DNA from: Methanothrix sp.
Lineage (GTDB): Archaea > Halobacteriota > Methanosarcinia > Methanotrichales > Methanotrichaceae
DNA: 30,130 bases
Direction of reading: 5' to 3'
Assembly (NCBI GenBank): GCA_037128175.1
Contig: JBAXWY010000034.1
Coordinates: 1 to 30,130, forward strand
A program made the translations under genes and the position numbers. The notes under the pieces were generated by a model. The model did no database searches. It saw only the letters and a program-made list of their open reading frames with translations, and was not told the origin of the DNA. This document shows, piece by piece, positions 17,907 through 27,829 of this stretch. Positions within the stretch are counted from its first letter, which is position 1; every line of letters begins with the position of its first letter.

Positions 17907-18413
17907 CTAAAGCGTAACTTTTACATCCTGGCCGGCAAAAGCTTCCCTGAGATGCTCTTCCTGCTCCTTGGAGAGAGATGTCTTCAATACCTTGACGTTC
18001 TTGAACTTCTTCAGCTCGTCCATTACTTTATCTGGAGTAGATTCTCTAACCAGCATGAACAATGCTGAGTTTCCAGGTTGAATGGTGTTTCCGACTTCTT
18101 TGATGAATTGTTCGTCCATACCCGTATTTGCAAACTTCCCGGCAATGGCTCCTGTTGCTGCACCGAGAACTAATCCGAATATAGGCACAAAGAAGAAGAA
18201 GCCTATCAGAAGTCCCCAGAAGGCTCCGCCCATAGCTCCCGCCCCCACCATGTTGACTTCTTGATTCACCTTAACCTTTCCTTCTTTGTTTCTAACAATT
18301 ACCGCAGCATCCTCCAATCCTATTAGATGCTCTTTTTGCAGCTTCAACAGGCTGTCTCTCATCTGCCCGGCACCGGTCTCGGTGTCGAAGGCCAATACAA
18401 CCAAATCGCTCAT
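17907..18413 (-). CDS. DUF1269-family membrane protein
   Basis: MSDLVVLAF...LEDAAV...GAMGGAFWGLLIG glycine zipper...FIKEVGNTIQPGNSALF...VLKTSLSKEQEEHLREA; GGAGG RBS. Confidence 0.9.
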   Translation of the reverse strand: MSDLVVLAFDTETGAGQMRDSLLKLQKEHLIGLEDAAVIVRNKEGKVKVNQEVNMVGAGAMGGAFWGLLIGFFFFVPIFGLVLGAATGAIAGKFANTGMDEQFIKEVGNTIQPGNSALFMLVRESTPDKVMDELKKFKNVKVLKTSLSKEQEEHLREAFAGQDVKVTL

Positions 18414-18664
18414 ATTTCGAATCCTCCCTTTAATCTTTTAATCTTATAATATTTAGGTATTTATCGCATATATACTTTCTGCATAGTTATCATGAAAAGT
18501 TTGATTTCCCATGAGCTTGATAGCAAAAATTGATGTTGCCCCATTCCGACCTTAATCTGCCTGCCGGCCTAGAAGGTCTGGCCGATCTGGCCCGGGATCT
18601 GCGACTAGTGGTGATATTAGCCCTCTAAAAAAGAAAATAAAAATAGGTGGAAAAGCCAGGCGGC

Positions 18665-18802
18665 TCACTTGATCTTTTTCTCGAGCTTCTTGAGCTTCTT
18701 TTTGGCGGATTCGCTACCCGAAGCCGCCTGCTTCGAGAGCTCTTCTGCCTTGGCCTTCTTCACTTTGTTCAGCTTCTCCATCTGTTTCTTACTCGTTGGC
18801 AT
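18665..18802 (-). CDS. Small lysine-rich helical protein (45 aa)
   Basis: Not in the ORF track. MPTSKKQMEKLNKVKKAKAEELSKQAASGSESAKKKLKKLEKKIK. GAGGTGA RBS (18807-18813), an upstream TTTTATA box (about 18884-18890) and a downstream T-rich terminator. Confidence 0.85.
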   Translation of the reverse strand: MPTSKKQMEKLNKVKKAKAEELSKQAASGSESAKKKLKKLEKKIK

Positions 18803-18930
18803 ACAGTCACCTCGCTACGCCTTTGGCTGATTCTATTTAGCTTTTTTCCGTCTTAATAATATCTATGTATCGTTGTACCAGCCTATAAAACATTTCCGCA
18901 GGATATCGCGAACCTTGGTCCTGTTCGATT

Positions 18931-21648
18931 TCATATCTTCCCACCACCACTCCTCTGCATATCCTTCATACGCTCCTGCTTCTCCCCGGCAGAGGCCCCC
19001 AGCGTCGCCAGCCCGAAGGCCATGGGGCACGGCGTCGCCTCCGTCTTCATGACCAACTCGATCTCGCCACAGGCCAGGCCCCGCAGCACCTCTTTGATGT
19101 TCTCCACCTCAAACCTGTCCTCGATTATCTCCCGAAAGCTCTCCCGCAGCACGGCGAACTCATCCAGCTTGCCGGCAAAGCCGATGAGCATGTCTGCGTC
19201 AAACTGCTGGTGCCGGGCGGACTTCTGCCGCCCCTTGTAGCTCTTCAGGATCATAAAGGAGCGGGTGGCATTGATGCGAAAGACGCTCTTTAAAAGGCTC
19301 GTGTTCTGCAAGGATCGAAAGAGAAGCTGCTCGCAGTTCTCCTCCCGGATGGATCCCATGATGGCCGGCAGATTCACCTTGCCGGACAGGGGAAGGGAGA
19401 GCACAAAGCCCGAGTCGAAGGTGGTGATGCAGATGTCGCTCATCCGCTGCTGGGAGAGAAGGTAGGCCATCATGCGGGCTAGCCCCTCGTTAAAGCGCAG
19501 GCCGTAGCCGGAGAGGAAATAGTAGATCCTGCGGCCGGTCTCCCGGTCGAGGCACTCCTGCACCACTATTCTGCAGTTGGTGGGAACCGCATCCTCTCCT
19601 AGGAAGCCGATCTGCTGGCGAAAGATCTCGCAGATGGAGCGGGCGCTGTTCTCGTCGATGGGGTACTGGCTCTGCAGCCAGCGGACTACGGCGCTACTAT
19701 TATTATCATTATCATCCTGTCCCGCCCGGCCCTTCCTCATTTGGCTTTTCATCATCCAGAGCATGTCGCTTTTGAAGGACAAAATGCTCCTGGCCAGGTC
19801 AAAGGATAAGGGCAGCCTCTCCGAGGACCAGGTGGGGATATTGGGCCGGCCAGCTGCGGCGTCAACGTAGATCTTGCCGCCCCGCCGGTAGCAGAAGGAA
19901 TAAGCCCCGCCACCAATGGAAAATACGTCCCCTTTGTCCAGCTTTTCCATGTATTTCTCATCCAGCCTTCCTAACCAGTGACCATCCCGGGTGAGCACAT
20001 CGCAGGTGAACTGATCCGGTATCATGCCCGAGTTGGTGTAGTAGATCATGCGGGAGCTGCCGCCTCGCGTTCCTATCATTTTCGTCCCGGCATCGCAGCG
20101 AATCTTGGCGTAGATCTGCCTCTCCTGCATGCCTTCGTGGGCTGAACAGAGGTAGAGCACAGCGCTCATCAGCTCCTCTTCGCTTAGGCTCCGGTAGCAG
20201 TAGGACCTTCTCACCACTCGCAAAACTTCGTCCACAGTCCAGTCTCTCTCCAGCACCATGCCCAAAAGGTGCTGGCAGAGGGCGTCCAGGGCATTTTTGG
20301 GAATGTGAATTCTGTCCACTTCGCCCTCTTTTGCCCTCTCCAGCATCACGGCGCACTCCATCAGCTCCTCTCTGTCCAGGACGATTATCCGGCCTTTTAC
20401 GGCTCTGTCTAGGCTGTGGCCCCCTCTGCCGAAGCGCTGCAAAAGCGCGGCAACGGACTTGGGCGAGCCGATCTGCAAGACGAGATCGATGTAGGGCATG
20501 TCGATGCCAAGCTCCAGAGAGGTGGAAGAGCAGACGGCTTTGAGCAGCCCCTGCTTGAGACGGCTCTCCGTGTCCAGCCTTCCCTCCTTGCCCATGGAGC
20601 CGTGGTGGCAGGCAGAGTTCTCGGCATTGTAAAACAGAGGGAAGCGCTGCTTGAGGTTGAATAGCGTTCGCTCCGCTCCATTGCGGCTGTTGGTGAAGAT
20701 GAGGGTGCTCCGGTGCTCCTGGATATGACGGTGCAAGAGCTCGTAGAGCCTATCGTACAGTTCTTTTTGGTCGGCAAGGACGAGATCGGGCACCGGGCAG
20801 AGCAGGCGCAGGTCAAAGCGGCGGGAGAAGCGGCAGTCCACCACCTGCACAGGCCGGTAGTTTCCTGCCAGAAAGTTTGCCACTTCTTGCAGCGGTTCCA
20901 CAGTGGCCGAGCAGCCGATGCGAACGAAGCTTCCTGAGGCGGGATCGACAGATTGAAAAAGCTCCCCTACCCCGCCTCTTTCGCCTTGCAACTCTCTCTT
21001 CAGCTCCTCCAGTCGTTCCAGGCTGAGGGAGAGGTGCACGCCGCGCTTGGAGGCGGCCAGGGAATGGATCTCGTCCACGATCACCCAGCGCACCGTACTG
21101 AGCTTCTCCCTAAAGCGGGGAGAGCTGAGAAGGATGGCCAGGGATTCGGGTGTGGTGTTGAGGATGTGGGGTGTCTTCTTCAGCATGCGGGCCTTTTCCT
21201 GGGCCGAGACGTCTCCGTGCCGGATGGCGTGCCTGATCTCCTGCACTTCCAGCCCTCGCTGCAAAGCCAGGGCCTGCATCTCCTGCAGGGGACGCTCCAG
21301 ATTTTTGTGAATATCATTGGCCAGAGATTTGAGCGGAGAGATGTAGAGGCAGTAGACCATGTTTGCAAGCTCTCCTTTTGCAGCCATGATGAAGAGCTGG
21401 TTGATGATGGAGATGAAAGCGGAGAGGGTCTTGCCCGAGCCGGTGGGCGAGCAGATGAGCACGTTCTTGCCCTGCTGGATGAGGGGCACGCCCAGGCGCT
21501 GGGGCGGGGTGAATAGGCCTTCGGCTGAGCGGAAGGTGGCAAGCCACCAGTCCCGCACGACGGGGTCGAAGAGGGAGAGGAGGGCGGCGTCTTCGGGGGA
21601 GACGGGCAGGGCATCGGGAGCAGGGGCGTCTGGGGAGGAAGCGGGCAT
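18931..21648 (-). CDS. lhr: ATP-dependent SF2 helicase, Lhr family (archaeal Lhr core)
   Basis: FTPPQ, SPTGSGKT, ISPLKSLANDI, TTPESL, IVDEIH, SAT, HHGS, SLELGID and QRFGRGGH, followed by the winged-helix and Lhr C-terminal region; 905 aa. Confidence 0.95.
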   Translation of the reverse strand: MPASSPDAPAPDALPVSPEDAALLSLFDPVVRDWWLATFRSAEGLFTPPQRLGVPLIQQGKNVLICSPTGSGKTLSAFISIINQLFIMAAKGELANMVYCLYISPLKSLANDIHKNLERPLQEMQALALQRGLEVQEIRHAIRHGDVSAQEKARMLKKTPHILNTTPESLAILLSSPRFREKLSTVRWVIVDEIHSLAASKRGVHLSLSLERLEELKRELQGERGGVGELFQSVDPASGSFVRIGCSATVEPLQEVANFLAGNYRPVQVVDCRFSRRFDLRLLCPVPDLVLADQKELYDRLYELLHRHIQEHRSTLIFTNSRNGAERTLFNLKQRFPLFYNAENSACHHGSMGKEGRLDTESRLKQGLLKAVCSSTSLELGIDMPYIDLVLQIGSPKSVAALLQRFGRGGHSLDRAVKGRIIVLDREELMECAVMLERAKEGEVDRIHIPKNALDALCQHLLGMVLERDWTVDEVLRVVRRSYCYRSLSEEELMSAVLYLCSAHEGMQERQIYAKIRCDAGTKMIGTRGGSSRMIYYTNSGMIPDQFTCDVLTRDGHWLGRLDEKYMEKLDKGDVFSIGGGAYSFCYRRGGKIYVDAAAGRPNIPTWSSERLPLSFDLARSILSFKSDMLWMMKSQMRKGRAGQDDNDNNSSAVVRWLQSQYPIDENSARSICEIFRQQIGFLGEDAVPTNCRIVVQECLDRETGRRIYYFLSGYGLRFNEGLARMMAYLLSQQRMSDICITTFDSGFVLSLPLSGKVNLPAIMGSIREENCEQLLFRSLQNTSLLKSVFRINATRSFMILKSYKGRQKSARHQQFDADMLIGFAGKLDEFAVLRESFREIIEDRFEVENIKEVLRGLACGEIELVMKTEATPCPMAFGLATLGASAGEKQERMKDMQRSGGGKI

Positions 21649-21797
21649 TTACGTGGATATTGGAGGGGATTCGAAATAGATCTTTTGGCTGTTTCATAGA
21701 ATAACTATTTCATAGCGTAAGGCTACATATCTATTAAAATGCATGGTGGATGAATGAGTGGAAGTAGAGTGCAGAGGAACCCAAGTGATAATGCAGC

Positions 21798-22949
21798 ATG
21801 ACTCGAATCTCCGTTAGTGAGCCTGTACTTCGCTGGGCTTTGGAGCGCTCTTGCCAGAGGGCAAACCTTGAAGGTAAGTTTCCCAAACTTCCCGAATGGC
21901 TGAGTGGCAGTGGCAAACCCACATTACATCAACTTGAGGACCTAGCAAAGGCCACCTCGACGCCACTGGGATATTTCTTTCTTTCCGAACCACCCGAAGA
22001 GCGGCTTTCCATTCCTCATTTTCGTACCCTTGCTAGTGAGCGTTTGCGCCTGCCCAGTCCCGATCTGCTTGAGACTGTCCAGTTGATGGAGCAACGGCAG
22101 ACCTGGATGCGTGAATATCAGATCGAACAAGGCCACAAACCATTGGGTTTCGTCCGTTCGGCACAACTGACTATCGAGCCTGAGCAGCAAGCTGACGAGA
22201 TGCGGCGGACGCTAGGCCTGGCCAAAGGATGGGCATCGGACCAACCCAGATGGACGGATGCATTGCGACATCTGCAAAGCAAGATCGAGGAGGCAGGTAT
22301 TCTCCTGGCAGTAAGCGGTATCGTCGGCAATAATACACATCGCAAGTTAGATCCCGTTGAATTTCGAGGTTTTGTTTTGGTGGATGAGTATGCACCACTT
22401 GTTTTCGTCAACGGTGCGGATGGCAAAGCCGCGCAAATGTTTACTCTGGCGCATGAACTGGTGCACATATGGTTTGGCAGCAGTGCCGTCTTTGACTTGC
22501 GAGAACTTCAGCCTGCGGATAATGAAACGGAACGGGCCTGTAACCGCGTTGCTGCCGAATTTTTAGTCCCGGCGAGCCTGCTATGTGATTTTTGGCCAAA
22601 TGTCAGGCAAGAGCCGGAACGATTCCAGGCTGTCGCTCGCCACTTTAAAGTGAGCGAACTCGTTGCTGTCCGACGAGCGTTGGATCTGGGTCTTATCACA
22701 GAAAGCGAATTTCGAGATTTCTACCGAGATTACCAGGAAAAAGAGCGCCGTGCCGCTGCTCAGGGCCAGGAAGGCGGAAACTTCTACGCCACACAGAATT
22801 TGCGCATTGGTCGTCGCTTCGCTGAGGCTGTAATAAGTGCCGCCAGGGAAGGAAAGCTTCTCTACCGTGATGCATATCAATTAACGGGGCTCTATGGAAA
22901 GACCTTTGAGCAATATGCGAATTATCTTCTAAATGGTGGGGCAACGTGA
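21798..22949 (+). CDS. XRE-HTH plus ImmA/IrrE (COG2856-type) Zn metallopeptidase
   Basis: N-terminal HTH (WLSGSGKPTLHQLEDLA...PLGYFF); FRGF...PLVFVN...FTLAHELVH...E..CN.VAAEFLVP. Confidence 0.92.
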   Translation: MTRISVSEPVLRWALERSCQRANLEGKFPKLPEWLSGSGKPTLHQLEDLAKATSTPLGYFFLSEPPEERLSIPHFRTLASERLRLPSPDLLETVQLMEQRQTWMREYQIEQGHKPLGFVRSAQLTIEPEQQADEMRRTLGLAKGWASDQPRWTDALRHLQSKIEEAGILLAVSGIVGNNTHRKLDPVEFRGFVLVDEYAPLVFVNGADGKAAQMFTLAHELVHIWFGSSAVFDLRELQPADNETERACNRVAAEFLVPASLLCDFWPNVRQEPERFQAVARHFKVSELVAVRRALDLGLITESEFRDFYRDYQEKERRAAAQGQEGGNFYATQNLRIGRRFAEAVISAAREGKLLYRDAYQLTGLYGKTFEQYANYLLNGGAT

Positions 22950-23446
22950 CCGCCTCTCGAACCTACGTTCTCGATGCTAATGTGTTCATCGAGGCAGCAC
23001 GTCACTACTACGCCTTCGACATTGTACCGTCCTTTTGGCAGATGCTTATTGATCATGCCAATAATAGCCTGGTACTGAGCATTGACCGCGTCAAATTCGA
23101 GCTTGAGAGAGGCAAGGACGAGCTTGCGAAATGGGCCAACGGGAGCTTTCATGAGCAATTTGCCTCGACAGAAGAAGAGGATGTAATCGCTGCTTACCGT
23201 AAGATTATGGTCTGGTCTCAAGGTCAGGCTCAGTTTACACCTGGAGCCAAGGCCGAATTTGCCAGAGTGGCAGATGGATGGTTGGTGGCATATGCCCTGG
23301 CCAATGTATGTATTGTAGTCACGCGTGAGCAGTTTAATTCTGAGGCAAAGGCAAGAATTAAGATCCCGAATGTATGCCGAGCGTTCGGTGTCCAGTACGT
23401 AGACACATTTGAAATGATGCGTGAACTGGGAGTCAGGCTGGGCTGA
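22946..23446 (+). CDS. DUF4411-family PIN-like protein
   Basis: YVLDANVFIEA...YYAFDIVPSFW...ADGWLVAYA...VVTRE...IKIPNVC. The GTG start overlaps the upstream stop (GTGA). Confidence 0.88.
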   Translation: MTASRTYVLDANVFIEAARHYYAFDIVPSFWQMLIDHANNSLVLSIDRVKFELERGKDELAKWANGSFHEQFASTEEEDVIAAYRKIMVWSQGQAQFTPGAKAEFARVADGWLVAYALANVCIVVTREQFNSEAKARIKIPNVCRAFGVQYVDTFEMMRELGVRLG

Positions 23447-23454
23447 AATGCCAC

Positions 23455-24114
23455 TCAATTCCCGTCTTCCAGCAGCGGATCTTGCCTTCCGTTCAGGGCA
23501 AACGCTTCCTCCCTCTCGATGCAGGTGGGGCAGGTGCGGCAGGGCCGTTCTTCTCCCTTGTAGCAGGACCAGGTTAGCTCGTAGGGCACCGACAAATCCA
23601 GGCCCATCCTCACGATCTCCGCCTTGCTCATATCCACAAAAGGAGCCTGCAGCTCTACGGGATGCCAGGCGGTAGCGAGCCGGATAGCAGGGCGCAGCGC
23701 CTGAACAAACTCTGGCCGGCAGTCGGGATAGATGGTGCTATCATTCTTGTGAGCCGCGTAAAATACCTCGGGGATCTCGTGAGCCTCGGCGTAGCCCGCC
23801 GCCACGGAGAGCATGATCATGTTGCGATTGGGCACGATTGTTTTTTTGGCGGCCTCTTTTGTGTAGTGGCAGCTAGGCACTTCCTTTCCTCCCAGCAGGG
23901 CGCTGTCGCCCAAAAGGCATGCGAGAGAGCTGAGATCGACGATGTGATGCGTGATGTCCAGCCTTTTTGCAATCGCTTTTGCAGAGGCTATCTCTTTTTT
24001 GTGCCTCTGGGCGTAGTTGAAGGTGAGAGCCGCCACCTCATAGCCGTCAGACTGCATCTTGTAGAGCAATGTGGTCGAATCCACCCCCCCGGAAAGAATT
24101 AAAACGCCTCTCAT
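23455..24114 (-). CDS. queC: 7-cyano-7-deazaguanine (preQ0) synthase
   Basis: LSGGVDSTT, VPNRN, YPDCRPEF, TWSCY...CxxCxxC Zn site; 219 aa. Confidence 0.97.
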   Translation of the reverse strand: MRGVLILSGGVDSTTLLYKMQSDGYEVAALTFNYAQRHKKEIASAKAIAKRLDITHHIVDLSSLACLLGDSALLGGKEVPSCHYTKEAAKKTIVPNRNMIMLSVAAGYAEAHEIPEVFYAAHKNDSTIYPDCRPEFVQALRPAIRLATAWHPVELQAPFVDMSKAEIVRMGLDLSVPYELTWSCYKGEERPCRTCPTCIEREEAFALNGRQDPLLEDGN

Positions 24115-24139
24115 TTTATATCGTTCTCGCTTAACTTTC

Positions 24140-26131
24140 TCATAACGAACTATCTTGGTGTAATCTCAGCGCCTTTGCCAGCTCTTCTATTCTGACCGGT
24201 TTTCTGATGTAGTCGTCCATGCCCGCCTCTAAACACATCTCTCTGTCGCTCTTAAAAGCAGCCGCCGTCATAGCAATGATCTTGGGGCCGTCTGACCACC
24301 TCTGGCGAATAGCCTTTGTAGTCTCCAGACCATCCATCTCCGGCATCTGCACATCCATCAATACTACGTCATAGCTCTGGCGTTCCAGGGCCTGCAGGAC
24401 TTCATGGCCATTGCAGGCCACATCCCCTCTTAGCCCCAGCTTAGCAAGCATGCGCAGTGCAACTCTTTGATTAATCATATTGTCTTCAGCCAGCAGTATG
24501 CGCAAGGGTTGATCGTGGTCTCCATGAGAAACGGCCTTGGTACAAAAGGCGCTCTTGCCTGTGTCAATCGGAGCACTTAGTGTCGGATGCACCTTTATTG
24601 TAAAATGAAATGTCGAACCCATTCCTGTCTGGCTTTCAACCCAGATTTGTCCGTTCATCATCTCGACAAGCTTCTTGCTTATGGCCAGGCCTAGGCCCGT
24701 GCCTCCGTACCTGCGTGCCGTTGAGGCATCAACCTGACTGAAGAGCTGAAATAAGCGGTCAGCTTTATCCTCAGGAATTCCAATACCAGTATCTTTAACG
24801 GCAAAATGAATCTCATTGCTGTCACCATCTATCATTCTTCCAGAAACAACGATTGATATGCAGCCCTTTTCGGTAAATTTGACCGCGTTACCTATCAAGT
24901 TAACCAAGATTTGGCGAAGCCTGGCATGGTCACCCAAAACCACAACCGGAATATCTTGCTCGATTCTATATTCCATCCTAAGGCCTTTCCTAGTTGCGTT
25001 TTCAGCTCCTAGATCAATGGATTCCTCAATGCACCTTTGCAGGCTGAAGGGCTGATGCTCCAGATCCATCATTCCCCCCTCGATCTTAGAAATATCAAGA
25101 ATATCGTTTATAATGTCGAGCAGAGCTTCTCCACTGCTACGTATGGTTTCTACGTATTCTTTCTGCTCGATCGTAAGCTCCTCGTCCATTAGCAGGCCGG
25201 TCATGCCTATCACAGCATTCATAGGCGTGCGAATTTCATGGCTCATGTTCGCCAGGAAATCCGACTTGGATTTTGTCGCGGTCTCTGCGACTTCCTTGGA
25301 CGCTCGAAGCATATCTTCTGCTCGTTTGCGCTTGGTAATATCTTCTACAGTTCCGTCATAGTGCAATCCATTCTCATCTTGCACTATCTTGGTGTTCATG
25401 GAGACCCAGAACTTCGTGCCATCTCTTCGTTGCACTTCAAGTTCGAATCCTTCCAGGAAGCCCTTTTCAATGAGTTGATTTATTGCTCGCTGTCTATCCT
25501 TTGGATTAAAATAGAGCTGCTGACCGATGTCAGTAACGCAAGCTATCATCTCTTCCGGGCAGCTATATCCAAAGAGCCGCGCAAAGGCGGGATTTACGCT
25601 CAGGTATCTGCCATCAGGTATGCTCTGATATAAACCAAGTATAGAGTTTTCAAAGATATTATGATATTTTTCCCGGCTTCTTCTGAGATCTTTCTCTGCA
25701 AACTTGCGCTCGGTGATGTCGCGTATGGATTCGATCACCCCTATGACATTTCCTGAGGAGTTATAAAGAGGTGCGGCTTTACCCCAGATATAAGAGCCAC
25801 CCTTTCTTATGGTGGCGATATATGCTTCGCCGCTAATGCTATTGCCGTCCCTCCGAAGATTCGAATATTTTGCTTCATTGATTGCATCGGGTTTTAAGAC
25901 CAGATCTGCTAAAGTGGGTCGCCTGATCCCATAGATCGGCAGAGCATACTCATAATTGCCTTTGCCCAGAATATCGGTGGCCAGGGTTCCAGTCAGCTCT
26001 TCCATGGCTTTATTCCAGGCGATCACGATGCCATTCAGGTCTATGGCCAGGATGGCATCTGGAATGAAGTCTATGATTTCTGCTGGTCGGACGGTTTCTA
26101 TATCAGTGTTTTTTCCTGTCATGAATTGCAT
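24140..26131 (-). CDS. Cytoplasmic hybrid histidine kinase (PAS-PAS-HisKA-HATPase-REC)
   Basis: Two PAS/PAC domains, H-box [31 protein letters not shown] and receiver [11 protein letters not shown]. Confidence 0.95.
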   Translation of the reverse strand: MQFMTGKNTDIETVRPAEIIDFIPDAILAIDLNGIVIAWNKAMEELTGTLATDILGKGNYEYALPIYGIRRPTLADLVLKPDAINEAKYSNLRRDGNSISGEAYIATIRKGGSYIWGKAAPLYNSSGNVIGVIESIRDITERKFAEKDLRRSREKYHNIFENSILGLYQSIPDGRYLSVNPAFARLFGYSCPEEMIACVTDIGQQLYFNPKDRQRAINQLIEKGFLEGFELEVQRRDGTKFWVSMNTKIVQDENGLHYDGTVEDITKRKRAEDMLRASKEVAETATKSKSDFLANMSHEIRTPMNAVIGMTGLLMDEELTIEQKEYVETIRSSGEALLDIINDILDISKIEGGMMDLEHQPFSLQRCIEESIDLGAENATRKGLRMEYRIEQDIPVVVLGDHARLRQILVNLIGNAVKFTEKGCISIVVSGRMIDGDSNEIHFAVKDTGIGIPEDKADRLFQLFSQVDASTARRYGGTGLGLAISKKLVEMMNGQIWVESQTGMGSTFHFTIKVHPTLSAPIDTGKSAFCTKAVSHGDHDQPLRILLAEDNMINQRVALRMLAKLGLRGDVACNGHEVLQALERQSYDVVLMDVQMPEMDGLETTKAIRQRWSDGPKIIAMTAAAFKSDREMCLEAGMDDYIRKPVRIEELAKALRLHQDSSL

Positions 26132-27445
26132 CTAAATCTCATTTTTCCGATCATGTTTCCCCATGGGCGTTACCAGGATCTTGTCCACTCTGCGCTCATC
26201 CATGTCTACAACCTCAAAGCGGTAGCCACCCCACTCGAAGTGATCTCCTGCGGTAGGTATCTTCTCCAAATGCGCCATCACAAATCCGCCTAAGGTTATG
26301 TATTGATAATCCTCTTCCTCGGGCAGCCCTTCCGGGTCGATCGTCTCTCTGAAGTCATCCACCGGCAGAGCGCCATCCACCAGCCAGGAGCCGTCTTCCC
26401 TCTTCACTACTTGCAGCTCAGCCAGATCATCGATGTGCGGTATGTCTCCTACCAGTCCTTCCAGGAGATCTACCAGGGTAACTATTCCCTGCACCGATGC
26501 ATATTCATCTAAAACTATGGCCAGATGAATTCCCGTCTGCTTGAACCTCTCCAGCACCTTTAGGGCCCTCATGCTCTCCGGAACAAAGAGGGGCGGCAGG
26601 AGAGATGTCTTGAGGTTAACCTTTTGGTCGGCCAGGTTGCAGCTCAGCAGATCCTTGGACTGGACTACTCCCAGGACATTGTCCAGCTTCTTGCTGCAGA
26701 CCGGAAACATGGAGTATGCACCGCCTGCTATCTTTCGGGATATCTCTGCTGCTGATTCATCGATGTCCAGCCACACGATCTCACCTCTGGGGGTCATGAT
26801 GGAGTTTACCCTTCTGTCTCCCAGGGAGAAGACCCTCTCCATGATGTCCTGCTCCTCCTCCTCGAACACGCCTGCCGTAGTTCCCTGGTCGATCAGGATG
26901 CGTATCTCTTCCTCGGTCACAGCAGGCTCGGTGTAGGCCTTCACCCCCAGCGCCCTCAGCACCAGATCGGTGGAGGCACTGAGCAGGACAATCACGGGAG
27001 AGACAAGACGGGAGAAGGTAGCCAAGGGAGCAGCAGCTAGAGAGGCGAAGCGCTCCGGATTGCTCAGCGCGATTCTCTTGGGGACAAGTTCTCCAATGAC
27101 CAGGTTGAAGAAGGTGATCATTAGGACGACAGAGACCAAGGCCAGGCCGCCGCTGTATGGGGTTAGGGCCGGAATGGAGCTGATGTTAAGAGCCAGCTCA
27201 TCCGCAATAGTTGCGCCTCCATAGGCCCCCGTCAAGGTAGTGATGAGAGTTATGCCGGTCTGCACTGTGGAGAGTAGGCGGTTGGGATTTTCAGCCAGTT
27301 CCAGGGCTGCCTTTGCACCTGCATGGCCTTCTTCTGCAAGGACCCTGAGCCGGGCCTTGCTGGAGGAGACCACGGCCATCTCGGTCATGGAAAAGGCACC
27401 GCTGGCCAGGAACAGGAGAAAAATGATCAGGATTTCAGTGAGCAT
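26132..27445 (-). CDS. HlyC/CorC (CNNM) family transporter, hemolysin-like
   Basis: DUF21 TM region (FSMTEMAVVS, GELVPK), a CBS pair and a CorC_HlyC C-terminus (TLGGFV). Confidence 0.95.
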   Translation of the reverse strand: MLTEILIIFLLFLASGAFSMTEMAVVSSSKARLRVLAEEGHAGAKAALELAENPNRLLSTVQTGITLITTLTGAYGGATIADELALNISSIPALTPYSGGLALVSVVLMITFFNLVIGELVPKRIALSNPERFASLAAAPLATFSRLVSPVIVLLSASTDLVLRALGVKAYTEPAVTEEEIRILIDQGTTAGVFEEEEQDIMERVFSLGDRRVNSIMTPRGEIVWLDIDESAAEISRKIAGGAYSMFPVCSKKLDNVLGVVQSKDLLSCNLADQKVNLKTSLLPPLFVPESMRALKVLERFKQTGIHLAIVLDEYASVQGIVTLVDLLEGLVGDIPHIDDLAELQVVKREDGSWLVDGALPVDDFRETIDPEGLPEEEDYQYITLGGFVMAHLEKIPTAGDHFEWGGYRFEVVDMDERRVDKILVTPMGKHDRKNEI

Positions 27446-27829
27446 GATCGAGTGCCCTCGCTATCCATTTCGTTGCATTTACTTGATTAAATCCCTGGCG
27501 GCTCATTTTAAAGGTTAACTACTTGGGAGTTATTTATAGCTTCGCCGAGGGGGCTCGGTGGGCTGGATTGAAGACGATATCTTTACAAATGTTTATTCTT
27601 CTTTACCTTGTAACTTTGATGGGTCTAAAAATTCAAAACTTGACTCTACAAAAGATTATTAAATCATAAGATGCTAGTTACCTTATCGTAGGGCTAGTTA
27701 GATCTATGATTTTTGGTGTATGCAGCATGGTGGATACTTATGTTTGGATATGGGCTGATCGAATCGCTGGGACATCACAATGGGTGCCGGTGTGGATGTA
27801 GGGCTTCCTTTTTGGATGGTAATCGCTCA

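Noticed and set aside
18647-18856. 69-aa + strand Leu/Phe-rich ORF
   Set aside because: It is the antisense of the Lys-rich small gene, which has the RBS, promoter and terminator.
18931-24114. Helicase plus QueC as a Qat- or Dpd-like defence or DNA-modification system
   Set aside because: QueC is canonical in length and motifs, consistent with archaeosine precursor synthesis, and Lhr is an ordinary archaeal core helicase. No QatA ATPase, TatD, DpdA/TGT or other partners are present.
5161-27518. The many other overlapping 60-220 aa track ORFs inside assigned genes
   Set aside because: They are alternate-frame or antisense ORFs expected in GC-rich coding DNA, with no independent motifs or expression signals.
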